Below, in pieces: positions 12,242 to 24,992 of a stretch of DNA of 64,000 nucleotides. A program made the position numbers and the translations under genes. The notes under the pieces were generated by a model, which was given only the letters and a program-made list of their open reading frames with translations, ran no database searches and had not been told where the DNA came from. Source of the stretch: Callorhinchus milii (Eukaryota); contig NW_024704743.1 of the NCBI RefSeq assembly GCF_018977255.1, positions 34,722,001-34,786,000 of the forward strand, in the 5' to 3' direction. The first letter of the stretch is position 1. Each line of letters begins with the position of its first letter.

Positions 12242-14385
12242 TTTTTTTTGAAAATGTATATTTCTTAATAAATATAATACTTAGTACAATGGAAATCCAA
12301 AACAAAACACAATAACAACTTGGATTTATGAAGCGCCCTCCACGCCGGACAGCATCTCAGAGCGCTATACAGTAACGGATCCCGGGACCGAGCCAGGGGG
12401 AGGGGGGGGAAGGTGACCAAAGACGCGGTCGAAAAGAAAGCTCTTCAGCAGAGACCTGAATATGGGAAGGGAGGAAGTGAGACATCTTCTGTTACAATTT
12501 TTTTTCTTTTCTCCCAACCAATACAAAAAACATTCCGTGGTTTAGGGTACATTTCTGCGCCCTGATCGTGTTGTGTAGGAGCAGCCCCATCTGGCCTTTG
12601 CCGTGGTTGAGCCGAACTTCAGCTTATCCCTCAGTATATAGTACCTGATCCTAGCGTTCGCAAGCCTAAGGAAGCCCCTCACCGTCCCCTTGTTCTGCCA
12701 CATGAACACCTGGTTTTCAGAGTGCCAAAGGGCCTCCTTTATTGAGTTTATGATCCTACAGGTACACTGGATGTGGGTTTCGCTGTGAGTGCCCGGGAAC
12801 AGGACGTACAGCACCAAGTGCCGTGACAGCGGGTCCCCAGGGACGAACCACAAGAGAATCCATTCCATCTTTTTCCAAACTGCCTTTGCGAAACAGGAAG
12901 AAGTGGTCCACAGTCTCCTGGCCTCTGCAGCCGGCCCGAGGGCAACGTGCTGACTGTCCCGGACCTCAACCGTCCATGAAAGCCCTGCCAGACCATGTCC
13001 TGATGGTTGTTGGTCAGGGGCGATCACGAGGTGTTCAGACCACACATATCTGGCAGTCGCCACAAGGTACCTCCTGATCGAGTCTGCCCTCTTCCCCTTT
13101 CTAACTGTTTCAACTATCTGCCGCTCGGACCAGTGGGTGATTGCTCGGGGGTCTGGGATGTTGTTCTTCAGAAATTTCTCTACATAGGATAGGTGTTTTG
13201 GCACACTCCAACTGTGTGGAACATTTCGAGGCAGTTCTGCCAGACCCACCCTTCTCAGCACCAGGTACAGGTAGAAGCCCAGCACATAGCGGCATTTGTT
13301 GCCAGTCTAGCGGGGCTCCAGGCACAGCCTCAGGTAGCTACACACAAAGATTGCCATGAGGACCAGAGCTACATTAGGGACCCCATTCCTGCCCTTTTCC
13401 TGGGTGCTATGCATCGTGTCTCTGCGGATATGATCCATTTTGGAACCCCAGATCAGTTGGAAGACCTCCCTGTTGACTGCAGTGGCATTGTTCCCGGTCA
13501 AAGACCAGACCTGGGCCACGTACAGTAACACCAAGAGGGCCTCACACTTTATCACCAGATTTTTCCTGGTGATGGGCAGTGAGCGCTGGTGCCACATTAT
13601 TAATTTTTTCCTCAGTATGCCTAGACGCTCCTCACAGGTGTTTTGGCACACCCCGGCACCCCCAAACCAGATGCAGAGGACTTTGATGTAGTCTGGCTTG
13701 CGTTCTTTCCAGTCTCCAAACTATATCACCTCGCTTTTCTGGCAGTTGACCTTGGCTCCCGAGGCTTGTTCAAACCGGTTGCAAATGCCTAGCAATCTCG
13801 CGAGCGATTTTTGGTCTGTGCAAAAGACAGTGACATCATCCATATATAGGGAAGCCTTGGCTTGTGTGCCGTGGCTGCCCAGGATGGTGACACCTCTGAT
13901 GCTCTCGTCTCTCATGATGGTCTGTGCAAAGGGTTCGATGCAGCAGACAAACAGGGTGGGGGATAGGGGAAGCCCTGCCTTACTCCCGACCTGATGGAGA
14001 ACAGCTCAGTCTCATACCCATTGACTGTGATTGCGCTACAGATGTCTGTGTAGAGCAGTCAGATCCACTTGCGTATTCCCTCCCCGAAACCCATTTTGGA
14101 GAGTACCTCATCCACGTAGCTGTGAGATACCCTGTCAAAGGTTTTCTCTTGATCACAGCTTATGAGGCAGGCCTTCACTCCCCTGTCCTGCATGTAGGCG
14201 ATGGTATCCCTGAGCAGTGCAAGGCTGTCCGAGATCGTACGGCCCAGAATAGTGTAGGTCTGGTTTGGGTGTATTATATGCCCGAGGACAGTCTTTATCC
14301 GCTCTGAGGTCACCTTTGCCGGGATCTTATAGTCCACATTCAGATAGGTTGCCAATTCTTTATCTCCTCCTTCTCCCCCTTTTGT
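12242..14385 (-). mobile_element. L1/Tx1-clade LINE, 5'-truncated, degraded ORF2 (RT and C-terminal region), poly(A) tail
   Basis: Peptides LNVDYKI..., DQEKTFDRVSH, SLYMDDVTVF, FEQASGAKVN, GRNGVPN; T-run at 12242; flanked by a 21-bp direct repeat (12221-12241 / 14386-14406, 1 mismatch). Confidence 0.9.
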
Positions 14386-14721
14386 ACTGGACAGTTAAGG
14401 ATTTGCACCTGAGCTAGGGGTTGGGATCAGTAGGGGTGGAGAGCAGGGCCACCCAAAGTGTTCATCTGCCTTTTCTCTTTTAGATGCCAGTTGAGTTGCA
14501 GTGAATTCCTGGTATTTTCAGGTTTTATTTTGCTTTTTAGCTCTTGCCATTTTTGTCACCATTTCCCTTTACACAATTCATAGGTGTGATGGATCATCAC
14601 ACCTATGAATTGGGTTGTACAGCATTAGCCTTACACCACAAGTCCAGTTGATAGGTTGCTCTTCTCGTTTATTATGCTGCATGATTTAGACTGAGGAATC
14701 AGTAAATAATACAAATAAATA

Positions 14722-15107
14722 ATATAATAATAATCTTCGCATTTGACATATAATGTTGAAATATCTCAAAGTGCGTCACAGGGAATTATTGTTATTTTAG
14801 TAACTTTATTTGTTGGTGAACACAGTAGACAATTTGCGAAGAGCAATGTCCCACAAACAGACAGGTGAATAAGGGAGGTGAATGACCAACTCTTTTGGGA
14901 TATTGTTGGCCAGGACTCTAGGAGAAACTCCCTTCTCTTTTCAAATACTGCCATCAGATCTCTAACGTCCACCTGAATAGGCAGACAGGTCCTCGGTTTA
15001 ACATCTCTTCCAAAAGACGGTACCTCTAACAACATAGTACTGCTCCAGTCCTCACTGAATTGTCAGCCCTGACTGTGAAAGTCCTGACATGGAGCTTGAA
15101 CTCACAA
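14722..15107 (-). mobile_element. Deu-domain-type SINE with L2-type tail
   Basis: Minus strand has the gaggtRccgtcttt...gatgttaaaccgagg core typical of DeuSINEs, plus (TTA)n tail. Confidence 0.75.
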
Positions 15108-15532
15108 AACACAAGTAATAGCTTCTAAGGCAAACCTTGGGAGAGGGAATGGCTGCCAGCAGCATATTGCTGTAGATCTTCCTCCCCACCACCCCCCCCA
15201 CACCCCCGCGACTTCTAAATAAAACTGTGTGCTGAATTGTATTTCACATGGCACACAACAGAAGGTTTGTTGAGGGCAAATCTTTCTGGAAGAAGAAAGA
15301 CAAGGAACCATTTAAGTGAATTATGAGGGCAAGCAGAACAGTCATATTGTGTTGTCAGGGACACTTACATTTGCAGTAAATACAACTCTTCCTTCAGCAT
15401 TAAACTATCAAGAGAGAAACAAAGTATATTGCTGCTTTCATATTATCAGTGTGGGAATTTGTGGAAGGGTTTCTACCATGTGATTTCTGCTGTTATTATA
15501 TGATCAATTCTATTTTTATTGTGTTTTACTGT

Positions 15533-15889
15533 GGAGTCCTGTAGAGTATTGGTTAGAGCACTCGCCTCGCAAGCGAGAGGAACTGCATTTGATTCCTGGG
15601 CAGCGTAAAATCTTAGGCAAGTTTCCTTACTCCAACACCACTCTGTTTACCTAGCAATAAGTAAAAACCCAGTTGTTAGTCGATTTGATGGAAAAAAAAA
15701 TTGGTCATCCATTCCATGACTGTTTTTTGAGCATTTCTATGCAATTGACTGCCATGTTTCACCCACAAAATGTACAATCAATTCTATAAATGTATACAGT
15801 ATATTTATACAGTATATTCTATAAAGTGCTTTGAGATGGTTCAAGGATGTAATAAGGCACTATATCAAATGCAAGGATTATTATTATTA
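15533..15889 (+). mobile_element. tRNA-derived SINE
   Basis: ggagtcctgtagagtattggttagagcactcgcctcgcaagcgag... to gcaaggattattattatt. Confidence 0.88.
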
Positions 15890-15894
15890 ACCAG

Positions 15895-16288
15895 GCATTA
15901 GCTTGTCTCAATTAATAGCTCTCCATTGTGGGGCAAAAGGTTGTGGGTTCAGCACCACTTTGGGACTTGAGCTCACAATCCAGGCTGACACTACAGGACA
16001 GTACTGGGGACATGCTGCACTATTGGAGGTGCTGTCCTTCAGATGAGACATTAAAACCGAGATGCTGATATTAAAGATCCTTCCGACAGAAGAGAATTTC
16101 TCCTCATATTTTCCAGATAATTTAGTTATTCACTAAATAATTGTTTGTGGTGTATTGCAGTGTGCAAGATAGATGTATTTGCCATGTCTTCCTACAAATG
16201 CACAGCCACTACGCTTAACAGCAATTACCTGTGAAGTGTTTTGAGACTTTTTCACATTAAAGGTGCTATATCAAATGCAAGGATTATG
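15895..16288 (+). mobile_element. Deu-domain-type SINE
   Basis: aaggttgtgggttc...ggaggtgctgtccttcagatgagacattaaaaccgag...tcaaatgcaaggatt. Confidence 0.75.
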
Positions 16289-16583
16289 AATTACAGTCAC
16301 AGATAGAGAAATAATGCTGCTGCTGTTTAATGGAATGTACCTAAGCATGAGCCTTGGTTTGTTACCTTCTGAAATTAATTGAAAAGGGGAAGGGAGGAGG
16401 TAGAAATAGTAAAACTGGCTAGAACTGACCAGGTGGAGAGAATGGGAACTTTCACTGTCGCTGTCCTCTTTCCCAGTTGCGCTTGCTTGGCCTTCCTTGT
16501 ATCTTGTTGCCATTTCTGCTTATATGCGCCCTATGCTGTAATCACTTCTGTTTTCCTCCTCCTTTGCCCTCTCTGCTTTCAAC

Positions 16584-18431
16584 TATCTGTTGTGAAATAT
16601 TTTATAGCTTTAATTCTAAACATCAGGCCACTATAACATACTGGTTTGAAATCCAGGCCAGATTGATGGATTAATGCTTCCCCATCTGTGAAATACGTTT
16701 AGGTAGACTCAATCCACCAGCTTGTGGGTGTGAGTCCACAGAGTAAAGCCTAATTAGCTTTACATTTACCTGTTTGTGGAACATTGCTGCGCACAAATTG
16801 GCTGCTGCATTTTGCACGTTCTTGCACTCGCCTTTGCCATAGTCACTGCCTCTTTCTCAAGATCCCATCCTCACAACCCACCCCTTCAGGTCTCTATGGC
16901 TCTCGTATCTCAACTGATATTTTGTGATATTTTGTGCCAGGAACTTACCTGAAGGGAAGTTGGAGGGAGAAATTTGGAGTAGCTGGAAAAATATCGGAGC
17001 GGGGTGAACTAGTGAGTTTAAATTCTCTTCTTATGAAGGGAATATGAAGAACATTTTTTAAAATTTGTGTCAGTGACTCCGGCCTGACTTTTGTAAGGGC
17101 TGCTGTAATGTAATTGTGCGACCAATTAATTAGAATTCATTCACAGTGCTTCAGCAGCAGCAATGCCCACACAATACTGAGTCTGTGCACTGCATCTCCT
17201 CTCTGCTGAGTTCAACTCTCTCAACTCACTGCCTTGTTTTCAGACCAAACAGTAATTATTAACCTTTTCAGGACTCCAGGGGCCCCACATTCTAGATTAG
17301 AAAACAGCAAAAAAAACTTTTGAATCAAGACTGAATTTAAGATTTTTTCAAAATGTTGCATGTTCTTAAATTGTAAAACAATAGTTTTCAGGCTAAATCC
17401 ATGAGATTTCAGGTCTTAGAAATGTAATTTCGATGACTACAATTCTTAAAAAAATTCAAAGTGAGTTTCTGTACAGCCTGGAATATTGAATCAATATTGT
17501 AGTTTTTATTTTAAAAAAATGTATGATTGGATCAGTATGTACAGTTTCAACAACAACAACAAAATTACACTTATAGAGCACCTTTCACGTCGGGAGGACA
17601 TCCCAAAGCGCTGAACAGTCAGGTGTCGGGGACCGAGCATGGGGGAGGGTTGGTGTAGGGGTGAGGGAAGGCAGAGAGGTGGAAGGGAGACCAAAGCCAC
17701 GGTCTTGAGACCGGCCTTGAAGGAGGCAAGGGAGGAAGCGAGGCAAAGGGGTCTTGGGATGGAGTTCAAGAGTGTGGGGGCAGAGAGGCTGAAAGCACAG
17801 TCACCGATGGTCAGGCAGGAGACATGGAACAGGCTGGAGCCCGATGAACGGAGGGAGTGGGCAGGTTGGTAGGGAGTCATCAGGTCAGAGAGGTAGAAGG
17901 GGGCAAGGCCATGGGTGGTCTTAAAGGTGAGAACAAGGATCTTGAACTCGATCCTCTGGGAGATGGAGAGCAAGTGGAGTCGGGCGAGGGTGGGAGTGAT
18001 GGGGTCACGGAGCCTGGTGCGTGAGAGTACATGAGCTGCAGAGTTTTGGACGATCTGCAGCTTGTGAAGGGAAGAGTTGGGAAGGCCGATGAGGAGGGAG
18101 TAATCAAGCCTTGAGGTGACGAATGCGTGGGTGAGGGTTTCGACAGCCTAAGGGGTGAGGCAGTGGCGGAGTCTGACAATGTTTCAGAACTGAAAGTACT
18201 TTTAAATATCTGTTGTGAAATATTTTATAGCTTTAATTCTAAACATCAGGCCATTATAACACACTGGTTTGAAATCCAGCTCAGATTGATGGATTAATGC
18301 TTCCCCGTCTGTGAAATATGTTTATGTCATTTCAATCCACCACCTTGTGGGTGTGGGTCCACAGAGTAAAGCCTAATTAGCTTTACATTTACCTGTTTGT
18401 GGAACATTGCTGTGCACAAATTGGCTGCAGC
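16584..18431 (+). repeat. Local direct duplication of 225 bp (16584-16808 and 18207-18431)
   Basis: Both copies read tatctgttgtgaaatattttatagc...cacaaattggctgc, colinear with scattered substitutions. Confidence 0.9.
17548..18181 (-). mobile_element. L2 LINE 3' fragment
   Basis: QRIEFKILVLTFK...LAPFYLSDL; 3' stem-loop and (TTG)n tail. Confidence 0.88.
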
Positions 18432-18904
18432 TTCTGCTTATAAATGCAGTCTTTACACTTTACAGTTAATCCTGTGAAGTGCTTTGAGATGTCCCGTCAG
18501 TGTAATAAGGCGCAAAATCAAAGACATGAAGATAACAAGGCTAGAAGCAATGGTTATTTCAGTTTCTGCCAGATTGTTACACTAACTGAGATACCACCCC
18601 AACCATCTGCAAAATCAAAAGACTTAACCACGTCATCTGTTCAGTGAGAGGTCACAGGTTCAGGGCAATTTTAGGACACACATCTCTTTACAGCTAATTA
18701 ACAACTGGAATATGGGTTACTTGGAAAACTGTTTGAGACCAGGTTGATCGGCTCATTTAAAAGCAGCTGGTTGCTGTAAAGGGAAGACAGTAAGGTTGGT
18801 ATTCTGTAAGGATAAATTCAAATGAGCTTCAACCAAATCTCACTTGTGCTACATCCAAACTGCATTTGATCCTTGACCTGAAGCTAAAACCATACTTCCT
18901 TATT

Positions 18905-19345
18905 AATAATAATAATTAATATTCCTTGCATTTGGTATAACACCTTTCATGTAGAGGATGTATCAAACTGCTTCACAGGATATATTGTAAAGTGAAGTAA
19001 CTGTATACAAGTGTTGTGGGTGAAAACAGCAGCCAATTGCGTATAGCATTTTCCCACAATCATCCATGGAGTGAGTGACCAATTTTATTTGTGGGGGGAT
19101 GTCGGCCAGGACATTGGGAGAAACTCCCTTCTCTTTGTGAGTAGAGCCATGGGATCTTTAATGTCCACCTGAATAGGCAGACGGGACCTCAGTTTAAAGT
19201 CTCATCTTAAGGGCAGTACATCCAACAACTTAGCACACCCCCAGCACTGCAGTCAGCCTAGATCATAAGAACTCCAAGTCCCGATGTGGGCTTGAACCCA
19301 CACATGTCTGACTCTGAGGCGAGAATCCTCCCAACTGAGCCAGGC
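18905..19345 (-). mobile_element. Deu-domain-type SINE, near full length
   Basis: Minus strand head ggctcagttgggaggattctcgcctcagagtcag...gggttcaagccc, Deu core, (TTA)n tail. Confidence 0.8.
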
Positions 19346-21437
19346 CACTTTGTTCTAATTTCTAAGAAGCGACAACCTTTTACATCATTTTTTTCTTCTC
19401 AAAAACTGTACTCCCTGAAAAAGACCTTGGTTCTGAAGCACAAATGGCAAGTATACAGAACATGCATCTGCAGAGTCTGTTCTTAAGGGTGGTGCAGAGC
19501 AAATAATTCAATTTAGCATTGTGTGAACTAAGTGACTATAGCTCTGAGAGTACGATCAAGCCTTCCTTCTGTCAACCGAAGCATCAATTGACTTTGTTCC
19601 TGACTACACACTGGAGGCCCAGCAGCAGCCAAATTTGCCTCATTATCATTCACTTGTCTGGTTTCTTTATAACCCAAACTACTAATCCCATTAACCCAGA
19701 AATTATAGTAATTGCTATCCCACCTTCTTTATTCAGGAGGAAAACTATGTCTGATTTACACAGAAAATTACATTTTCTATGGGTTGAACATTCTAAAGCA
19801 TGACAATAATAATTATCACCCGGGATATTTACCTCATCAGCGAAAATTGAGCATAATTCTCATTGGTCGGGACACCCCAATGGTGAGTGAATAGAGCTGG
19901 AGCGAAAGGCCCAGGAGCTTGTTGGTTCTACTCCTCATCTTGCTGAGTTTGCTGGTCTCAGCCAGGGCTGCATGGGAGGCTAAATTGGCCCTGACCTTCG
20001 CAGGGTTAAGGACCTCTACGAGGCGGCCGGCTGAGAAAAGGATAGGCTCAGCTGTGACTCCCTCTACAATCAAATTGCCTATGACACTTACTGCCAAGGT
20101 TCATTTACTGCTCCTGTACACAGGGGTAATGTGTGGCCTTTGGGACAGCGTACTGGGGAGCAACCAGCATCGTGGAAATGCACCCAGTAAGGGGAGGCTG
20201 AGAGCCAGAGGCTTATGCCAGTGAAAAGAAAATAAACACACAAAATGTAGGATTATCTGGAGTACATTTTACATAAGCTGTACTCTGAATAAAATTCTAC
20301 ATAATATGAAAACTCAAAAATACAAAAAACTTAAAATACAATTTACAGGAAGAACCACTAGATGGAGAACAAGAGCAGGAATCCTTGTTCATCTTCCCCT
20401 CCCTAGCCCTAGGAGTGCCCTAGGTCAATGTTAGCAGATGTGCTAATGTTGTTAGCATCTATGATAATGTCAGTGCGTTTCTGACTGAGATTAACTGACT
20501 CAGCATAGACTAGGAATTTGTCACCTTCTGTACGCCTTGGTCACTTAGGCAGTGACTTTACAAATTGAGCATTGGACAAGGGGGCACAGGTTTAGGGTTG
20601 GGAAGGGAATTTGGGGAAGTTATTTCTTGCCACAGAGGGTAATCAACAGCTAGAACAAGAGCTTCAAAAGTCTTATGAGTCAACTCCATAGGACGATGTT
20701 CTGTAAATTCTCAACCTTTTTTTCAAATCTAATTTGAAAAAAATTAGATGAATTACTATTCATGCTAATTTGTATGAATAGCATCACATGAGATTACCAT
20801 TCAATTTGAACTTGCGGAATAAGACACACAGCTGGAGACATCTTATTTTTAAGGCTATAAATTAAGAATTGCTCAAAGGGCACTGTAATTAAAGCAAATA
20901 TAATTTGCTTCATAGTGGGCAGTTTGGAAGATTCCAATTTTGAAAAGCTCTAAATCTCTTTTCGGAAGCTCATCCACTCGCTATATCACAGCCACTGCTC
21001 AAGCAGCCTGTTTGAATACCAATTCATAAGTGCCAGATAGCGCACACACACACAATGATTACTCAAGATAGTCTTCTTCCTGTTTCCCACTGTTTGCTGT
21101 GAACCCCAAAGACGTCCTCTGCCCACATACTGCTAATTATTAGCTGTCAGTTACATTCCATTCAGTGTCTGCCCTGTTCCTGTACACAGTCTTGGTCACA
21201 CATCAGTATAAATCAACTAAGGAGCCTTTGTACTATTTAAACAATATGGTTTCTTGTGAAGTGATATAGAAAGTAAACCTGTCTTAAGTTGGCTTTATAT
21301 ATTTTTTTAAAAAGTCACCCTGCATACTCTCATTTGACAGTAACATTTCATAGCTATGAATGGAGGGGCGGAACGATTCAAAGTTTGACTTCCATTTCCA
21401 AAGGTACTTTGGGGGAGACAGCCTGGATTTAATCTAT

Positions 21438-22026
21438 GGGGAGGTCAGTGGGATCTAAACTGGCTCCAAGGTGACATGTCTGGCAACAGAATATCGGAAT
21501 CGAGCCAGCCCTCTGTGGCAGTCTCGGTAGTCCAGTTCCTGAGCCAGGTGGGTCCACAGTATTCCATGGCACTGCTGATGACAGGACAGCCAGCCTGGCT
21601 GATCGACAGGACCTAGAAGGGCAGACCAGTCACTGAGGGCAGGGAGTCCTCCAACTCAGCTCCTATTAACCCTGCAAGTCAAAGCCCTAACGGGTGGGGT
21701 GACCCTAGCTGGACAAGCAGAGGGAAAGCTTGACAGACATCAATATCAATGGCAAGCTATGTGGGTTTAACTGGTTTGACTCCAGCAGTACCCCAACGCA
21801 CACTCTAGGGTCCCCAAGCCTTGGCTCTTGCCAATCTGCGCCTAATACTTTCCAGAATTAAGTAACCAGGATACGTCCCTCCAGGAGAGAGTGCGCATTC
21901 CATTCCAACAATCTGTCTCTGGGATTTCCATGTGTAGGTGGGATGCATGGAAATCTCAGTTTGGATAATCTTAAGCATGGTGGTGGGTTTCCGTATGTGT
22001 CAGACATCCGGCTAAACAAAAAAAAA
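21438..22026 (+). repeat. Unclassified ~600-bp interspersed repeat, copy 2
   Basis: Colinear with 10611-11196; 15-bp stem hairpin (with G-U pairs) at 21921-21957; A-run at 22018-22026. Confidence 0.8.
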
Positions 22027-22529
22027 TAGGATTACAGCATCTAGAATTTGGCAAATTCTTAAATGCGGCCGTTACTACAGAATCAAAGTTAAGGCTGAAC
22101 TCAACAATTTGCCAAATTCTGAATGCTCTAAATGCATCATAAATTCAATAAATCTAGGACTAGGTGGAATTTCGCCCTATTTATTTGCACAGGCCATTAT
22201 ATGACAGTACCAGCCTGGGACAATTATTGCCCTGTTAGCAACTTCTGGAAACACTTTATTGATCAGCATAATCCACCTGCAAATAATTGGTTTATCTAAT
22301 CAATGATACTATATTTCTCATGACCTGGGCCAATAGAAAAGTGCAGCCGTAATTTCCCTGCGGAACCTGCTACAAACACTCTCCTCCACTACAATCCTGT
22401 GTAAACACAGTGTGCTGGGCCCCAGGCCTCTCATGCTGCTGCCAGCTGTTTACTCGAAGCCACTACTATGGAAGGAATGGCTCCGGATGCACATGCGGCA
22501 CGAGCGGGAAATGTCCTCTCTGCTGTGGT

Positions 22530-22692
22530 TGTCTGTGTGTGCCTCCCTCTGATATGTATGTGAGAGTTTGTGGGTCTGTGTCTCTCTTTGTGTCTGAGTG
22601 TGTCTCTCTATGTGTCTGTGAGTTTCTGTGTTTATGAGTGTACGTGTGTGTCTCTCACTCACTCTGTGAGTGTGTGTGTCTCTGTCTGTGAG
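22530..22692. repeat. Degenerate (TG)/(TC) microsatellite
   Basis: Low-complexity tgtgtc/tctctg tract. Confidence 0.8.
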
Positions 22693-24954
22693 TGAAGGTC
22701 TCCACTGAGGGGAAAGAGTTGTCCAATTAACACACATACCACACATACGTATGCATATCATTCTCTATATATGTGCGTGTGTGTTGTCTGTCTATATTTA
22801 TGTAATCTTTTATATCCTTTTTGGATATAACTGCAAAAAATTGCATATAGCGCCCTTCACATAAGTGCTCTGAGACGCAACCTTGCATGAAGGATGCTAT
22901 ATAAATGAAAGTTGTTGTTTTTGTGAGAAAACCTTTCAACTATTATTAATTAGTGACTATTGGTGCTTTCTTTATCAGTGTCTTGAGTAGAATTTAGCCT
23001 CTCACTTCCTTCCACCCCTATATTTTGATTTTTTTCCTGATGTTTTTAAGTTGCATTTGAAAATTGAAAGATAAAGCTTACAGCCTTTTAACTAGCAATA
23101 TTTCTTCTATAGTCCCAGAGTCTCCAACACTCTTCGTTCCTCAGCAAAGGATCATGAAAGATGTACCCCATTCATTTCAAACTAGTGATCAGACTTGAAA
23201 GTGAATTCCTAGCAATGGTCATTATAATTCAAAAAATGTTCTCCTTCAGAATATTTTACTGCAGTGGGGGAGGTCATACTGTCTCATGTTTAACAGGATT
23301 ACAAAAAAGTTTTTATTTGCATTTTTCAGCAAATTCCTTGATTGTTAATTGTAAACTGTGAATTAATTGACCGTCTGAATGAGATTGGAACTGAAACTCA
23401 ACTGAAACAGCTGGATTAAAATGCATAACTGGTACTCACATTACAAGAAAAGAGAAAAAAAAACTATTCATCTTCAATAGTTAATCAAACAACTGCTATA
23501 AATCGACGCAATATTCTGAACTTTTTTTAAGGCCATACCATCAAGTAATTACAATCTGCTGAAGCAATAAACACTATCTTGCTGTAATCAGTGAGGATAA
23601 CTGGGGCCAGCAATATGAAGCAAATACATGTTTTTTTTCTAAGGGCTAATGTCTCAGGGGAACATTTCAGAACAGGAATTCCACAATTCAGTACTGCAAG
23701 CAGAAGGAACACATTCCACTCTTTCACCCGTTTACTTGGCACACACACAAACTGTACTGTTCTCTGCAACACAGAGATTATATATTCGGGAACTTGATGC
23801 TCTTCGCACACTGAAAGAAACAGCTTCAAAACCTGCTTCTTGCTTTCCAGCACATTAAATATTAAAACGCTGTAACTTCCTTCAAGAAGGGGTGAATGAC
23901 AGAATGATGAATACATCAGCTGTCAGGAGTTTGGACACATTATAATGTTTATATATTAAAAAACATAAGAAGTGTAAATTTCATAGGAGCCATTTGATCC
24001 CAAAGATAACAGACTTTCAAAGCTCTTCACAAACATCCTTATTGCAAAGATCACTCTGGTTTGGCATTTCTTCCATCCACTTTTGTAAGCACTAAATTCC
24101 TCACAACTGAGTGGAGAAATTAATCTCACCAATGGGCATATTGGCTTAAATATCATAAGGCTGCGTCCTCAGGCAAGAGGTAACAATTTGTAACAAGATG
24201 TAACAATTTACATATGTAGAAAGGAAAGAGTGAAAAAAATCCAAAGTCCCCAAAAGTCTTCTGAGAGAATCCACACAGTATCTATCCATCTATACATCTC
24301 TCCTGGTGCCGGACTACTTGGTCTCTCCTAGGGGAGGTGAAAAACAAACATGACCAATTCAGGAAGAAAAATATTTACCTGGAAGTTCTTCTCCAATTTT
24401 CAAAGGCAGTGGAAGAAAAATGAGAGATTTGCTTTACATCCGCTTGTCATTTGCTACCTTCAGGTCACATAGCAGGTAAGAATCTTTGGCTGTTCAAGTG
24501 GATGCAACTTGCATGAACAATGTCATTTGGATGGAAGCCTATTTTGGATGCCCACCTTCCTCTGGGTGAAGAAATACTTTGAAGGGGTTTGACTGCAAAG
24601 ACTTCAGCATCTGCCCAGTCTTAAGTATTAAAATCACAAAAAAAAGTTTAGGATTATTCGATTGACCGAAATGCTCAGCGCGCTCAAGTCTTAGCACTTA
24701 ATTCCAAGCACAGACACCTGTTCTCAACCAAGCGGGAGTAGGAATAGGCTCACTACATTTAGCCTCAGTGCTTCTGACTTAGCGAGGGGACTTGGGGGTA
24801 GGATGAAAATGGTTACCAGAAGTGCATAAATTTGGACAATGTGGGGGAGTGGAGAGAGAAATCAACGTAAGAAAGCATCTGTGATTTACTGAAATAAAAA
24901 CAGAAGCTGCTGGGAACACTCAGCAGGTCAGACAGCATCTAATGAGAAAGGAAA

Positions 24955-24992
24955 GTGAATCAATGTTTCAGGGCCACTCTTCATCAGAATTG
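24955..24992 (-). ncRNA. Degenerate minimal hammerhead ribozyme motif in the Penelope-like terminal repeat
   Basis: Minus strand aatt-CTGATGA-agagtggccct-GAAAC-attgatt; minimal type I hammerheads are known from Penelope-like element terminal repeats. Confidence 0.6.

Noticed and set aside
16584..18431. LTR retrotransposon interpretation of the direct repeats
   Set aside because: No TG...CA termini, primer-binding site, polypurine tract or gag/pol remnants, and the repeat includes SINE sequence.
21438..22026. Idea that the ~600-bp repeat derives from telomerase RNA, 7SK or RNase P/MRP RNA
   Set aside because: No CTAACCCTAA template with CR2/CR3 pseudoknot motifs and none of the 7SK or RNase P signature motifs I can recall; an Rfam search is still advised.
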